Of a stretch of 64,000 nucleotides of DNA, positions 46,659 to 56,731 are shown in pieces. A program made the position numbers and the translations under genes. A model generated the notes under the pieces. That model had not been told where the DNA came from, searched no databases, and was given only the letters and a program-made list of their open reading frames with translations. The stretch is taken from contig CAWEMM010000007.1 in NCBI GenBank assembly GCA_963810095.1, forward strand, positions 96,001 to 160,000, in the 5' to 3' direction. Source of the stretch: an uncultured Chloroflexia bacterium (GTDB lineage: Bacteria > Chloroflexota > Anaerolineae > CG2-30-64-16). Position 1 is the first letter of the stretch; the number at the start of each line of letters is the position of its first letter.

Positions 46659-48106
46659 ATGTACGTACGGCTCAGTAACGGCAGACAGATCCCGGTCGAG
46701 GCGCACAAGGTTAAGATCGTGCAGCGCACCGATCTCCCCCCGGTCGAGCAGCGCTTGCGTGCCATGCAGGAGGCCGGCTACAACACCTTCCTGCTGCGCA
46801 CCGCGACGTCTTCCTCGACATGCTCACCGACAGCGGCACCAATGCCATGAGCGACAACCAGCTTGCCGCCATGATGGTGGCCGACGATGCTTACGCCGGC
46901 TCCGAAAGCTTTTACAAGCTGGCCGATGCAGTGAAGGACGTTTTTGGCTTCAAGTACACCCTGCCCGTGCACCAGGGTCGGGCAGCCGAGCACCTGCTTG
47001 CCAAGGTGTTCATCAAGCCCGGCAGCTACGCCATTATGAACTATCACTTCACCACCAGCCGGGCGCACGTGGAGTTGGCGGGCGGCACGGTCCTGGAGCT
47101 GTACGGCGACGAGGCGCTTAACACCGACTCGGTCGACCCGTTCAAGGGCAACATGGACCTCGGCCGGCTGCAGGCGGCGATCGACAAGCACGGCGCGGAG
47201 AACATCGGCTACATCCGAATGGAGGCGACGACCAACCTAATCGGCGGGCAGCCCTTCTCCATGGACAACCTGCGCGCGGTCAAGGACATCGCCGGGCGGT
47301 ACGGCATCCCACTCGTCTTTGACGGCAGTCTCATCTCGGAAAACGCGTTCCTCGTGCGCGAGCGCGAGGCCGAATGCCAGTCGTGCTCGATTGCCGAAGT
47401 CATCCGCAAGATGATGGAGTACGTCGATATCCTCTACCTGTCGGGGCGGAAATCGGCGGCCGTGCGCGGCGGCCTCATCGCCACCAACGACGACAAACAC
47501 TACAACGACATCCTCAACTGGCTGCCGGTGTACGAAGGCTTCGCCACGTACGGCGGCATGTCGACGAAGGAAGTTGAGGCCATGGCGGTGGGCCTGCGCG
47601 AGATGACCGATCCAATGGTGGCCGGCTCGGGCGCCGAGTTTGTGCGCTATTTCGTCGAGCGGCTGTGTGAGGAAGGCGTGCCTGTCGTGACGCCGGCGGG
47701 TGGCCTGGCGTGTCACGTGGACGCCTGGCGCTTTGCCCCCCACATCCCCCAGAACCAATATATCGCCGGTGCGGTTGCGGCCGCTATCTATCTTGCATCT
47801 GGCGTCCGCAGCATGGAGCGCGGCACGATCTCCACGGACCGTGACCCCGTCACCGGCGCCGAAATCATGGCCGACCTCGAGTTGGCTCGCCTGGCCGTCC
47901 CCCGGCGCACCTACACGATGTCGCACATCGAATACACGGTCGACCGGATTGCCTGGCTCTATCGTCACCGGGAAATGATCCACGGCCTGAAGTTCGTCCA
48001 GGAGCCGCCGGTCTTGCGCTTCTTCTTTGGGCGCTTGGCGCCGGTAGACGGCTGGGCGCAGGAGCTCGCCGCCGCATTCAAAGCGGAGTACGGCGAAGCG
48101 ATGTAG
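46659..48106 (+). CDS. PLP-dependent beta-eliminating lyase, tyrosine phenol-lyase/tryptophanase family (TPL-like); frameshift near 46800
   Basis: AGYNTFLL, DMLTDSGTNAMS, AYAGSESF, HQGRAAE, FKGNMD, GGQPFSM, RSMERG, LRFF. Confidence 0.9.
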
Positions 48107-48204
48107 CGAGGACGGCTCGCAGATTGGACTGATGCGACCGATCTACCTGGTCTTGGAGCATCGCGGCGTTCTGCCGTCGATCAAAGCGAACGATCAGGAG
48201 AGCC

Positions 48205-49107
48205 TCAAGAAGCCAGGTTTCTAGCCGACACCTGGCTTCTTCTATAAGAGGTAAATCCTTCGATCCAGTAGATCGCCAGTGCGATCCAGATCACGACGAA
48301 GCCGATCAGCCGGGCCTGGTTGAACGGCTCGTCGAAGATGAACACCCCGATCATGAACTGGAGCGTGGGCGCGACGTACTGGAGCAGGCCGAGGGTGATC
48401 ATGGTGACGTGGCGCGCGCCGAAGTTGAACAGGAGCATCGGGATCGCCGTCGCCGCGCCCGCGCCGAGCAGCAGCAGCGTAGCACCTGTCCCCGAGCGGC
48501 CCAGTGCGCCCGTCCCCTGCCCGTTGAGTACCAGCAGGTAGGCGACACTGGGGATGAACAGGAGCAGCATTTCCAGGGTCGAACCCTCGATGGAGCCCAG
48601 CTTGCCTGTCTTCCGCAAGAGGCCGTAGACGCCGAACGTGAAGGCCAGCGTCAGCGCGACCCAGGGCAGCCGTCCCAGGTCCACCGTCAGGTACAGGACG
48701 CCCAGCAGCGCCACGAGCACCGCCGCAGCTTGCCAGCGGCGCAGCCGCTCGTGGAGGAATACGAGCCCCAGCAGCACATTGACCAGCGGGTTGATGAAGT
48801 AGCCAAGACTCGCCTCGACGAGATGGCCGCTGTTGTTCGCCCAGAGATACACGCCGTAGTTGATCGCCAGCAGGATGGCAGTAACCACATAGCGACTGTA
48901 ATCGACGGGGCGCCTGGTCACATCCCGCAGCCAACCCCATCGCCCGGTGATCGCAAGCACGATCAGGATGAACACCAGCGACCACACGAAGCGGTGGGCC
49001 AGGATCTCTTGAGCGGGCACACCCTTGAGCCCGTGCCAGTAGACGGGTAGAACACCCCACAAGACATACGCCAGGAGCGCGGCGAGCGCACCGTTCTTCT
49101 TCAACAC
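48205..49107 (-). CDS. rarD: EamA-family transporter RarD
   Basis: AYVLWG, EILAHR, EASLGYFINPLVNV, LQYVAPT; GGAGG SD and a TTGACA-17-TACAAT promoter at 49162-49134. Confidence 0.93.
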   Translation of the reverse strand: MLKKNGALAALLAYVLWGVLPVYWHGLKGVPAQEILAHRFVWSLVFILIVLAITGRWGWLRDVTRRPVDYSRYVVTAILLAINYGVYLWANNSGHLVEASLGYFINPLVNVLLGLVFLHERLRRWQAAAVLVALLGVLYLTVDLGRLPWVALTLAFTFGVYGLLRKTGKLGSIEGSTLEMLLLFIPSVAYLLVLNGQGTGALGRSGTGATLLLLGAGAATAIPMLLFNFGARHVTMITLGLLQYVAPTLQFMIGVFIFDEPFNQARLIGFVVIWIALAIYWIEGFTSYRRSQVSARNLAS

Positions 49108-49180
49108 GAGCCTCCCAACGGACAAACCGGCTGATTGTAGCCCGGGTCGGGAAGGGTGTCAACGAATGGTCGTTCCCGCT

Positions 49181-50068
49181 TCAGAAGCCGCCGCCGGAGG
49201 GGGCCCATGGCGCGGCCCACCTTCCACCTGGAGAAGCCGGGCCCAGGATGGGGCCGGCAGAAGGCGAGCCCGCCGCCCGAGACCACTGCCACGTGAACCC
49301 GTAGCTGGTGTGGATCGCCCATTGCGGTTGTTCGATGCTGCCCATGCCAAGGTTGGTTACGGCGTCGCCCGGGATGCCGTCGGCCGGTTTCACCTGGTAC
49401 ACGGGCGCGACGGCGTACATGGGGAAGTTGGCGGCGTACAACTCGCCCGGCTTCATCTCCGTGACGATGCGCTGATAGAGCGTCCCGCCATCCAGCGAGG
49501 TGACATTGAAAGCAATCCCCGGCTGGCGTTCGCCAGGGACGTTGCGCGCGTCCACCAGGATGTGGTGCTGGCCCGCGAACGGCGGTTCGTTCTCCGCGTA
49601 CCACACGCCCTTGATCAGCCGCCAGTACCACTGCCCCGGCTGCACCTGCGCGGGCAGGATCTTCGCGCCCCGTTGGTCGAGCCGCGGATCCCACTCGATT
49701 TGGCTGGGCGCACGCGTCGGGGTGGCCGTGGGGCTCGCAGTCATGGTCGGAGTGGGGCTTGGGGTGACCGGCACGGTATATGTCGCAGTCGGGGTCGGAG
49801 TGAAGGTCTGCGTCGCGGTGGGTGTTGGGCTCGGCGTCCAGGTCTCCGTGGGTGTGGGGCTCGGCGTGAAGGTTTCGGTGGCGGTCGGCGTCGGGCTTGG
49901 CGTCGACGTTGCCGTCGGCGTCGGCGTTGGCGGATTCGCTACGACCGGCAGATAGACCCACCATGAGGGTGGTTCGTCTGCAAAGGCCGGCCCGCGCGTC
50001 GACGGCAGCAGAACGGCGCAGACGGCGAGCAGGAGAACTGTAAACACGAGGACGAGGTGGCGTCGCAT
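49181..50068 (-). CDS. Secreted protein with YLP motif, long Pro/Thr linker and C-terminal globular domain
   Basis: Signal peptide, WVYLPVVAN, ~80-aa (PT)n tract, then WDPRL... domain. Confidence 0.8.
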   Translation of the reverse strand: MRRHLVLVFTVLLLAVCAVLLPSTRGPAFADEPPSWWVYLPVVANPPTPTPTATSTPSPTPTATETFTPSPTPTETWTPSPTPTATQTFTPTPTATYTVPVTPSPTPTMTASPTATPTRAPSQIEWDPRLDQRGAKILPAQVQPGQWYWRLIKGVWYAENEPPFAGQHHILVDARNVPGERQPGIAFNVTSLDGGTLYQRIVTEMKPGELYAANFPMYAVAPVYQVKPADGIPGDAVTNLGMGSIEQPQWAIHTSYGFTWQWSRAAGSPSAGPILGPASPGGRWAAPWAPSGGGF

Positions 50069-50338
50069 AGGAGTCGCTCCGGGAGCGGGATGGGGTGCCC
50101 AAACGGGTCGCAAAACGAACGAGCTTTACGTGCGCAGCTCTCTAGACCGAGCGCCAGAGCGAACATTTTCACGCTGCGACTCGTTTTGAAGTGCCGCGCA
50201 GGTGACAGCGGACATCGTCATGTTGCGCCTTGTTTGGTGGGTATATTATGCCTCCCGACCGGGCTAACGGCCAAGCGAGAAAACCGTCTGAGAGATACGA
50301 TACGGTGCAAGCCCGTCGGGACGTGATATACTCGCCGC

Positions 50339-51001
50339 ATGGTCAACCCTGTGCTCACCGTCTACCGCCGCGCGTTCTTCCACTTGTATGGTTGGGCCAC
50401 GCTGCGCCTGTACGACGAACTGGCCTGGGCGTATGACCCGGTCAGCCGGTTGGTGAGCGGGGGGCGCTGGGACGCGTGGCGCCGCTTCGCACTCGACGAC
50501 GTGCAGGGGCCGCGCGTGCTCGAACTCGGCTTCGGCACCGGCGAGCTGCTCCTCGAGATGCGGCGCCGGGGCCTGGCGGCGGTCGGCCTCGACCCGTCGC
50601 GCCCCATGCACCGGGTGTTGAGCCGCAAGGGCGCCAGGCAGGGGCTGAACGTGCCGCGGCTGCTTGCGCGCGCCGAGGCGCTGCCGTTCCCGTCCTCTTC
50701 CTTCGACACCGTCGTCTCGACCTTCCCCGCCAACTACATCATCGAGGCGCCCACGCTGAGCGAGGTGGCGCGGGTGCTGGCGCCCGCCGGCCGCTTTGTC
50801 ATCGCCGGGCTGATCGTCCAGGTGCCCCACTCGGCGCGCTACCCGCTGTCGATCGTTCCGGATGGGCCATGGCCCCGGCTGTGGCGCTACTTCACCGGCG
50901 TGGCGGGTGAGGCGGGCCTGACCTGCCGCGTGACCTGGCGGGAGGATGGTCGTGCGCGGGTGCCCGTGGTCGTGTGCACGCCGGCGGAGACGGGGGCATG
51001 A
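50339..51001 (+). CDS. Class I SAM-dependent methyltransferase (UbiE-like)
   Basis: VLELGFGTG, LDPS, AEALPF..SFD. Confidence 0.88.
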   Translation: MVNPVLTVYRRAFFHLYGWATLRLYDELAWAYDPVSRLVSGGRWDAWRRFALDDVQGPRVLELGFGTGELLLEMRRRGLAAVGLDPSRPMHRVLSRKGARQGLNVPRLLARAEALPFPSSSFDTVVSTFPANYIIEAPTLSEVARVLAPAGRFVIAGLIVQVPHSARYPLSIVPDGPWPRLWRYFTGVAGEAGLTCRVTWREDGRARVPVVVCTPAETGA

Positions 51002-51792
51002 CGGCGCTGACATCGCACCTCGCGGGTGCGGCCGACGTCGTCTCTTCGACCGGCAGCACCCGGCTCGTCGTCCTGCGCGGCGAGCCGCGCCTTTACAGCA
51101 ACGCGCAACTCGACGACTACGCCGGCCTGCCCCGATCCAGGTTCCCCCACAAACCACCGTTGACCTTCAGCCTGCGGGCCAGGTTTTCACACGAAGCGGC
51201 GACGGAGCGGCGCGCAGGACTGGCGGGCACCGCGGGCTTCGGATTCTGGAACGACCCGTTCATGATGACCGAGCCGCGGCCGCCGCTGTTGCCGCGGGCG
51301 CTCTGGTTCTTTTATGCCAGCCCGCCGTCCGACATGAAGCTGGATCTGAACACGCCCGGTTGGGGCTGGAAGGCGGCTGCCATCGACGCGCTGCGCCCCT
51401 CGGTCATTGGGCCGGCGCTGGCCGCACCGCTGCTGGTGCCGCTGATGAACGTGCCGGTTCTTTACCGCCGGGCGTGGCCGGCGATCCAGCGCCGGCTGCG
51501 GATTGCCGAGGCGCTTGTCCCCGGACGGATGACCGGCTGGCACACCTACTCGATCGAGTGGGGTGTGGGGCCAGGGCTTGGCAGGGCCCGGTTCCGCGTT
51601 GACGGGGTACTGCTTCTCGACGCGCCGGCGCCCCGGGGCCCGCTCGGGCTGGTAACCTGGTGCGACAACCAGTACATGGTCGTCCTGCCGTGGGGCAGGT
51701 TGGGCCATGGCCTGCTCGAGACAGGCGAACAGTGGCTCGAGATCGCGGATATCGAGCTGGATCACTCAGCCGGGGAAGGCAGGGGCTCATGA
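50998..51792 (+). CDS. Hypothetical protein, possible concanavalin A/LamG-like fold
   Basis: ATGA-coupled to neighbours; GTAGFGFWN, WHTYSIEW, FRVDG, W.DNQY. Confidence 0.65.
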   Translation: MTALTSHLAGAADVVSSTGSTRLVVLRGEPRLYSNAQLDDYAGLPRSRFPHKPPLTFSLRARFSHEAATERRAGLAGTAGFGFWNDPFMMTEPRPPLLPRALWFFYASPPSDMKLDLNTPGWGWKAAAIDALRPSVIGPALAAPLLVPLMNVPVLYRRAWPAIQRRLRIAEALVPGRMTGWHTYSIEWGVGPGLGRARFRVDGVLLLDAPAPRGPLGLVTWCDNQYMVVLPWGRLGHGLLETGEQWLEIADIELDHSAGEGRGS

Positions 51793-52460
51793 GGATCGAG
51801 GAACTCACGCTGGACGCCGCGGATCTCGCTCCGCTGTACGAGTTTTACGGGGGGGATCTCGGACTTCCGGTCGTGCGGCGCAGCGCCGACCTCCTGGCCT
51901 TGCAGGTTGGGGCAACAAGGCTGCAATTTCGGCGCGGTCCCGTACGCCCCTGCTATCACTTTGCCTTCAACGTCCATCCCGCGCGCTTCGAGCGGACGCG
52001 CGCTGCGCTCGCAGCGATCACCCCCCTGCTGAACGATGGTCACGGGGAAGAGGTCTTCGACTTTCGTGCCTGGGACGCGCGCGCTAGCTATTCGTTCGAT
52101 CCGGCGGGTAACGTCCTCGAGATCATCGGTCGCCGCGAACTCTCGGCTATGTCCGTGCCGGACGGGCCGGGTTGGCTGTGCGTGGGCGAGATCGGCCTCG
52201 TAACAGATGACGTGCCCGCGCTCGCCATCCGCATCGGCCGCGAGACCGGCACGCCTGTTTACCGGGAGTCGGCAGGCGAGACGTTTGCCGCGCTCGGCGA
52301 TGCCGAGGGCCTCCTGATTCTGGTCGAGCGGGGACGCCCATGGTACCCGGACACCGGGAAGCCGGCCGTCGCCGCGCCCGTCAGCGCCGTGGTCTCCGCG
52401 GGGGCGCAGGTCTGGCAGTTGCAGGGGCCGCCCTACGAGTTCGCTCCCCGCCCCAAGTAG
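51789..52460 (+). CDS. VOC/glyoxalase-superfamily protein
   Basis: FYGGDLGL, YHFAFN, FDPAGNVLEII, GEIGLV. Confidence 0.85.
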   Translation: MRIEELTLDAADLAPLYEFYGGDLGLPVVRRSADLLALQVGATRLQFRRGPVRPCYHFAFNVHPARFERTRAALAAITPLLNDGHGEEVFDFRAWDARASYSFDPAGNVLEIIGRRELSAMSVPDGPGWLCVGEIGLVTDDVPALAIRIGRETGTPVYRESAGETFAALGDAEGLLILVERGRPWYPDTGKPAVAAPVSAVVSAGAQVWQLQGPPYEFAPRPK

Positions 52461-52669
52461 CTCGAAAGGCACGCCCCGCTCGCCCTCCGTAATGCCGCCG
52501 CTTTGGGCGCCGCTCCGAACCCTCTGCTGCTACAATTGTCCTGTCTTGGGTGATTTGTCAATAATAATGGAACAAGCGCCCCGCGCGGCCACGTCTTGAC
52601 GCACGCTGCTGTTTCCGGCGCTCGCCAGTCCCGGTGACAGCAGATTGCACGGGGCGAGGGTTCGGATTG

Positions 52670-55174
52670 ATGCAGTGGACAGGGGAGTATCTGCGCCAGA
52701 AGTTTTCGGCGTGGCGCCCAGAGCGCGTCGCCTGGGTCGCACCGGTCGTGGCGCTGGCGGCATTAACGCTCGCATGGGCCTGGCCCCGGCCGGCAGCGAT
52801 CCTGCCAAGCCCTGAACCGCTGCACGGATCGCTGCCCTATGCCACGCTGCTCTGCGAGTTCGCCGGCGCCCCAACCGTCGATACTGCATCCTGGTCCGTC
52901 GCCTACTATGACCGGTTGATGCTGGGCGATCCGGACAGCGTAGACAAGTTCTGGCGCGAAGTGTCGTATGGCGCGATTAACCTCGCCGGCAGCAAGGCGT
53001 TCGGCTGGTTTCAGATGGCAAAGCCTGCTTCTGCTTATCGCCGCGGCAGCCAACCCGACCTCGACGCACTCGCGCGTGATTGCACGGCGACGGCCGACAG
53101 GGCTGCTGGCAAAGCCCTCTACTTCCCCAAATACGCAGGTCTCAACCTGGTCTTCAGCGAGTGCATCGACCGGTCGCGCGGGGGCGCAATGGAGCTCACC
53201 CTGGACGGCCGGCGGCAGACCTATCGAGTCACCTGGGTCTGCCCCGGCTACGCCAGCTCGCACCAGATCTTCAGTCACGAGATCGGGCATTCTTTCGGGC
53301 TGACGCATTCGGAGGATGCGCAGGGATCCGAATACGGGAACAACTGGGACGTGATGAGCAACGCTGCCTACTGCGCCCCCTCCACCCCCCTCGGCACGCT
53401 GGCGCAGCAGCCGATCGCCTACGATAAGGACGTGCTTGGTTGGATCGCGCCCCGGGATAAGTACATGGCGCGGGGGCCGGGCACGGTAACGATTCAGCTG
53501 GACAACCTCGAGCAGTTGCGGGCGAACTCGCCCGGCTATCTGCTCGCCGAGATCCCGCTGCCCGGCGGCCGGTTCTACACGGTCGAAGCCCGTGCGCGCA
53601 GCGGCTACGATCTCGCACTTCCCTCCGCCGGCGTGTTAATCCACGAGGTCGACCCGAGGCGCACGAATCGCGCCCGCCTGGTGACGGGCGACCCGACGGC
53701 CGGTCGCAATACGCTGCTGACCGCGATGGGCGGTTGGCCGGTCGGCTCGGCCTTCATCGACCGGGAAAACAATGTCGGGATCAGCGTCGATGCCCAAGTG
53801 GATCGCGGTTTCGTGGTCACCCTCTATCTTGCGGCTCTACCTTGGCCGCTCGCCCCGGGCCAGCAGGCACGGAGCGATGACCGGACGATGCTGGCATGGC
53901 AGCCGGCTCCGCGCGGCGAGTACGAGGTCCAGGTGTCGCGCATGGCATCCGGCTCTTCGACGGAGTGGGGCGCTACATTCGTGAGCACCCAGCCCTACCT
54001 CGAGGCGCCGCTGGCGCTTGGGCGGTATCGTTGGCAGGTACGCGCCGTTCCGGGCGGCATGTGGTCGCCGGCCCAAGACCTACTGGTAGACCGGAATCCC
54101 GGCTGGCACCCGCCCGAGCAGGTGGCCGGCGCCTTCGGTTCACTGCGGGTCCCGCCCGCGATCAGCGTCGGCGAAAACGGCCAGGTCGAGATCGCCTGGG
54201 CGCAGGACGGCCGGCAGCGCATGGTCGCCGTCACGCGGGCCGCGCTGCAGGCGGGCGCATGGGCGGTCGAGGACCTTTTCTCTCTCCCGCGGGCGTCGCA
54301 GCGCGACCTGGCGCTCTCGTTCACTCCCGCGGGCGACCTGAAGGTGGCGTGGCCGAATGGGGCCATCGGCAACCGCGGCGGGCCGTTTACCCCCGCGCTT
54401 GCCCTTGACGCAAGGGGCCGGGCGCATGCGATCTGGGCCGGCTCGGGCCAGGCGTCCGGCCTGTTCTCCGCTATCTTCGACGCGCAGGCGGCGACGGCCA
54501 GGCCGTTGGCCGCCCCACAGGTGGCCCTCGCGCCTGTCGTCCACCCGGTGCGCATCGCGGACGACGCGCCAAACGGCGAGAAGTACAGTCCCGCGCTGGC
54601 CTTGGATGGGAACGGCAACGCGCAGGCCGTGTGGATCGACACACGGGACGGGCATGCCGCGTTGTACGCCGCGCAGCAGTATTCGGGCGCCGCTTGGGGG
54701 CTCAGCCAGCGCTTGAGCGGACCAGGCACCGTCGTGTACGGGCGTCCGTCGGTCGCTGTGGATCGCACAGGCCATGCTTATTCGGTCTGGCAGAGCAGCC
54801 TTGACTGCGGCGAAGTGTCGACCCGCGAGCAAGTGAGCTTTGCCGAGCGCCTCGCCGGCCACGCATGGCAGCCCGCGGATACCTTGACCGTTGCATCGAG
54901 CGGTGCTCGCCTGATCGCGCCGGTGGTTGCGGCGAACGAAGGGGGCGAGGTGTACGCCGCTTGGGGCGAGTTGGACGGCGCCAGCTATCGCCTCTTCGCG
55001 GCCTACCGGGGCAAGGCCGGCGAGTGGAAGCCGCCCCAACTTGTGGGAGATGGGCCTGCGGAACTGGCGCCGGCCGCCTTGAGCCTGGCCGTCGGCGTGC
55101 GCGGCGACGCTTACCTCACCTGGGCCGAGACGCAGCCCGCGCACACGAGCATCCGTTTCGCCGCCGCTCACTAA
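52670..55174 (+). CDS. Secreted metzincin-like (M6/M11-type) metalloprotease with C-terminal beta-rich repeats
   Basis: HEIGHSFGLTH zinc motif, WDVMS Met-turn, VEAR, GVLI; C-terminal PALALD.xG.AHA.W repeats. Confidence 0.82.
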   Translation: MQWTGEYLRQKFSAWRPERVAWVAPVVALAALTLAWAWPRPAAILPSPEPLHGSLPYATLLCEFAGAPTVDTASWSVAYYDRLMLGDPDSVDKFWREVSYGAINLAGSKAFGWFQMAKPASAYRRGSQPDLDALARDCTATADRAAGKALYFPKYAGLNLVFSECIDRSRGGAMELTLDGRRQTYRVTWVCPGYASSHQIFSHEIGHSFGLTHSEDAQGSEYGNNWDVMSNAAYCAPSTPLGTLAQQPIAYDKDVLGWIAPRDKYMARGPGTVTIQLDNLEQLRANSPGYLLAEIPLPGGRFYTVEARARSGYDLALPSAGVLIHEVDPRRTNRARLVTGDPTAGRNTLLTAMGGWPVGSAFIDRENNVGISVDAQVDRGFVVTLYLAALPWPLAPGQQARSDDRTMLAWQPAPRGEYEVQVSRMASGSSTEWGATFVSTQPYLEAPLALGRYRWQVRAVPGGMWSPAQDLLVDRNPGWHPPEQVAGAFGSLRVPPAISVGENGQVEIAWAQDGRQRMVAVTRAALQAGAWAVEDLFSLPRASQRDLALSFTPAGDLKVAWPNGAIGNRGGPFTPALALDARGRAHAIWAGSGQASGLFSAIFDAQAATARPLAAPQVALAPVVHPVRIADDAPNGEKYSPALALDGNGNAQAVWIDTRDGHAALYAAQQYSGAAWGLSQRLSGPGTVVYGRPSVAVDRTGHAYSVWQSSLDCGEVSTREQVSFAERLAGHAWQPADTLTVASSGARLIAPVVAANEGGEVYAAWGELDGASYRLFAAYRGKAGEWKPPQLVGDGPAELAPAALSLAVGVRGDAYLTWAETQPAHTSIRFAAAH

Positions 55175-55491
55175 GTATCTACCCGGGAATTAGCTGGGGC
55201 CGGTCTCTGACCGTGCCCCGTCTGGCCCGAGCACCGGCCAGGCTGGCGTACGAAACCGGCCAGAGCATTTTTAGATAGATTTCAAGCGGACCGCATCTGC
55301 CCGGCGTTCCGATTCGCGGCCGGCATACGGCCGGTTTGCTCCTGGTCCGATCGGATCCGCGCGCAACAAAACCCCGATTCGCTTCGTACAGATGGGTGCA
55401 GAGGATTGCTGCCCAACTTTGCAGTTGGCTGCGGACGCGACGGCGCACCGCGCGGACGGTGCGCCCGGAGCGGCGCTACAAGGAGCCATCT

Positions 55492-56046
55492 ATGAACGAC
55501 GATCGAGGACGCAATATCGGGGTGCTGGGGGTGGGCCTGGGCCTGATTGCGCTCGGCATTCTCTTCCTACTGGGAACGATCTTTCAGATCGATATCTGGG
55601 GTGTGCTCTGGCCGTTCTTCATCATCGTGCCGGGGCTGCTGTTCTTCGTCGCCATGATCAGCATCGGGAAACCGGGTGCGCCGCTCGCCGTCCCGGGGAG
55701 CATCGTGACGATGGTGGGCCTGATCTTATTCTTCCAGAACGTGACGGGGCTGTGGTCGACTTGGGCGTATGTCTGGGCGTTGATCTTTCCCACGTCGGTG
55801 GGCATCGGCATCGCGATCGCGGGGCTGTGGTCGGACGACACGAAGGCCATCCGTGCAGGCACCGCGATGGCCGGTGTGGGCGTGGCGATTCTCCTGTTCT
55901 TCGCCTTCTTCTTCGAGGTGATCCTCAACCTGAACGGCCTGCGCAGTGGCGCTATCGGCCGCATCCTGATCCCGGTGCTGGTGGTCGGCGCGGGCTTCGC
56001 ACTCCTGCTATTTGCATTGAAGCCGAAAGCAAGAATGGAACGCTGA
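55492..56046 (+). CDS. Multi-TM membrane protein (LiaF/LiaI-like TM region)
   Basis: AAGGAG SD; GLIALGILFLL, LWP, WAY.WAL. Confidence 0.7.
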   Translation: MNDDRGRNIGVLGVGLGLIALGILFLLGTIFQIDIWGVLWPFFIIVPGLLFFVAMISIGKPGAPLAVPGSIVTMVGLILFFQNVTGLWSTWAYVWALIFPTSVGIGIAIAGLWSDDTKAIRAGTAMAGVGVAILLFFAFFFEVILNLNGLRSGAIGRILIPVLVVGAGFALLLFALKPKARMER

Positions 56047-56115
56047 TTGAACTGATATAGCTGATCCACTCGATCCAAAACAGATCAGGTAATCAGTCCG
56101 ATCAGTCCAATCAGC
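56043..56115. repeat. Family D palindromic repeat built from 9-bp CTGAT units
   Basis: ctgattgaactgatatagctgat...atcaggtaatcagtccgatcagtccaatcag; half copy at 48120-48143. Confidence 0.7.
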
Positions 56116-56125
56116 GTTCTATTCG

Positions 56126-56626
56126 CTAATGCACGTGGCCGTCTTCGCTGTGGACGTGGCCGTGGTCCAGTTCTGTGGGCGTGGCCGGCCGGACGTCGAT
56201 CACCTTAACGTGGAATTGAAGGGTCTCGCCCGCCAGCGGGTGGTTGTAGTCGAGTACAACGGTGTCGCTGCGCACCTCGTAGACCGTGGCCTCGTAGGTG
56301 TCGCCCTCGTTGTCGGTCACCTCGAGCGGCATACCTTCCTCGAGCTCCATCTCGCCCGGCAAGTCGCTCTTCGCCACCTCTTCGAGCGCATCTTCATCCC
56401 AGTCGCCGTACGCGTCGTCCGGGCGCAGCGTGATGTCGCGCTCCTCGCCCACGTTCATGCCGATCATCGCGTCTTCCAGGCCGGGCAGCAACTGCTCCTG
56501 GCCCACGATGAAGCGCAGCGGCATATCCCCCTGCGTCGAATCTGCGACCTCTCCGCCGTCCAGGGTGAGCGTGAAGTCGAACGTCACCACCATGCCATCC
56601 GCCACCACGGGCGCCGTGCTATCCAT
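56126..56626 (-). CDS. slyD: FKBP-type peptidyl-prolyl isomerase SlyD
   Basis: LLPGLE, AYG, DYNHPLAGETL.F.V, His-rich tail. Confidence 0.95.
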   Translation of the reverse strand: MDSTAPVVADGMVVTFDFTLTLDGGEVADSTQGDMPLRFIVGQEQLLPGLEDAMIGMNVGEERDITLRPDDAYGDWDEDALEEVAKSDLPGEMELEEGMPLEVTDNEGDTYEATVYEVRSDTVVLDYNHPLAGETLQFHVKVIDVRPATPTELDHGHVHSEDGHVH

Positions 56627-56656
56627 TAGAGTTCCCCCTTCTGAATCAGATTTCAA

Positions 56657-56723
56657 CACAAAGACACCAAGGCACGAACGTTCACAAGGCCTTTGCGGGC
56701 CTTCGTGTCTTTGTGTCTTTGTG
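56657..56723. repeat. Family B palindromic repeat
   Basis: cacaaagacaccaaggcacgaa...ttcgtgtctttgtgtctttgtg. Confidence 0.8.
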
Positions 56724-56731
56724 CTTATATG

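Noticed and set aside
49740-49930. Repetitive DNA as a non-coding repeat
   Set aside because: Explained by the Pro/Thr linker codons of the secreted protein.
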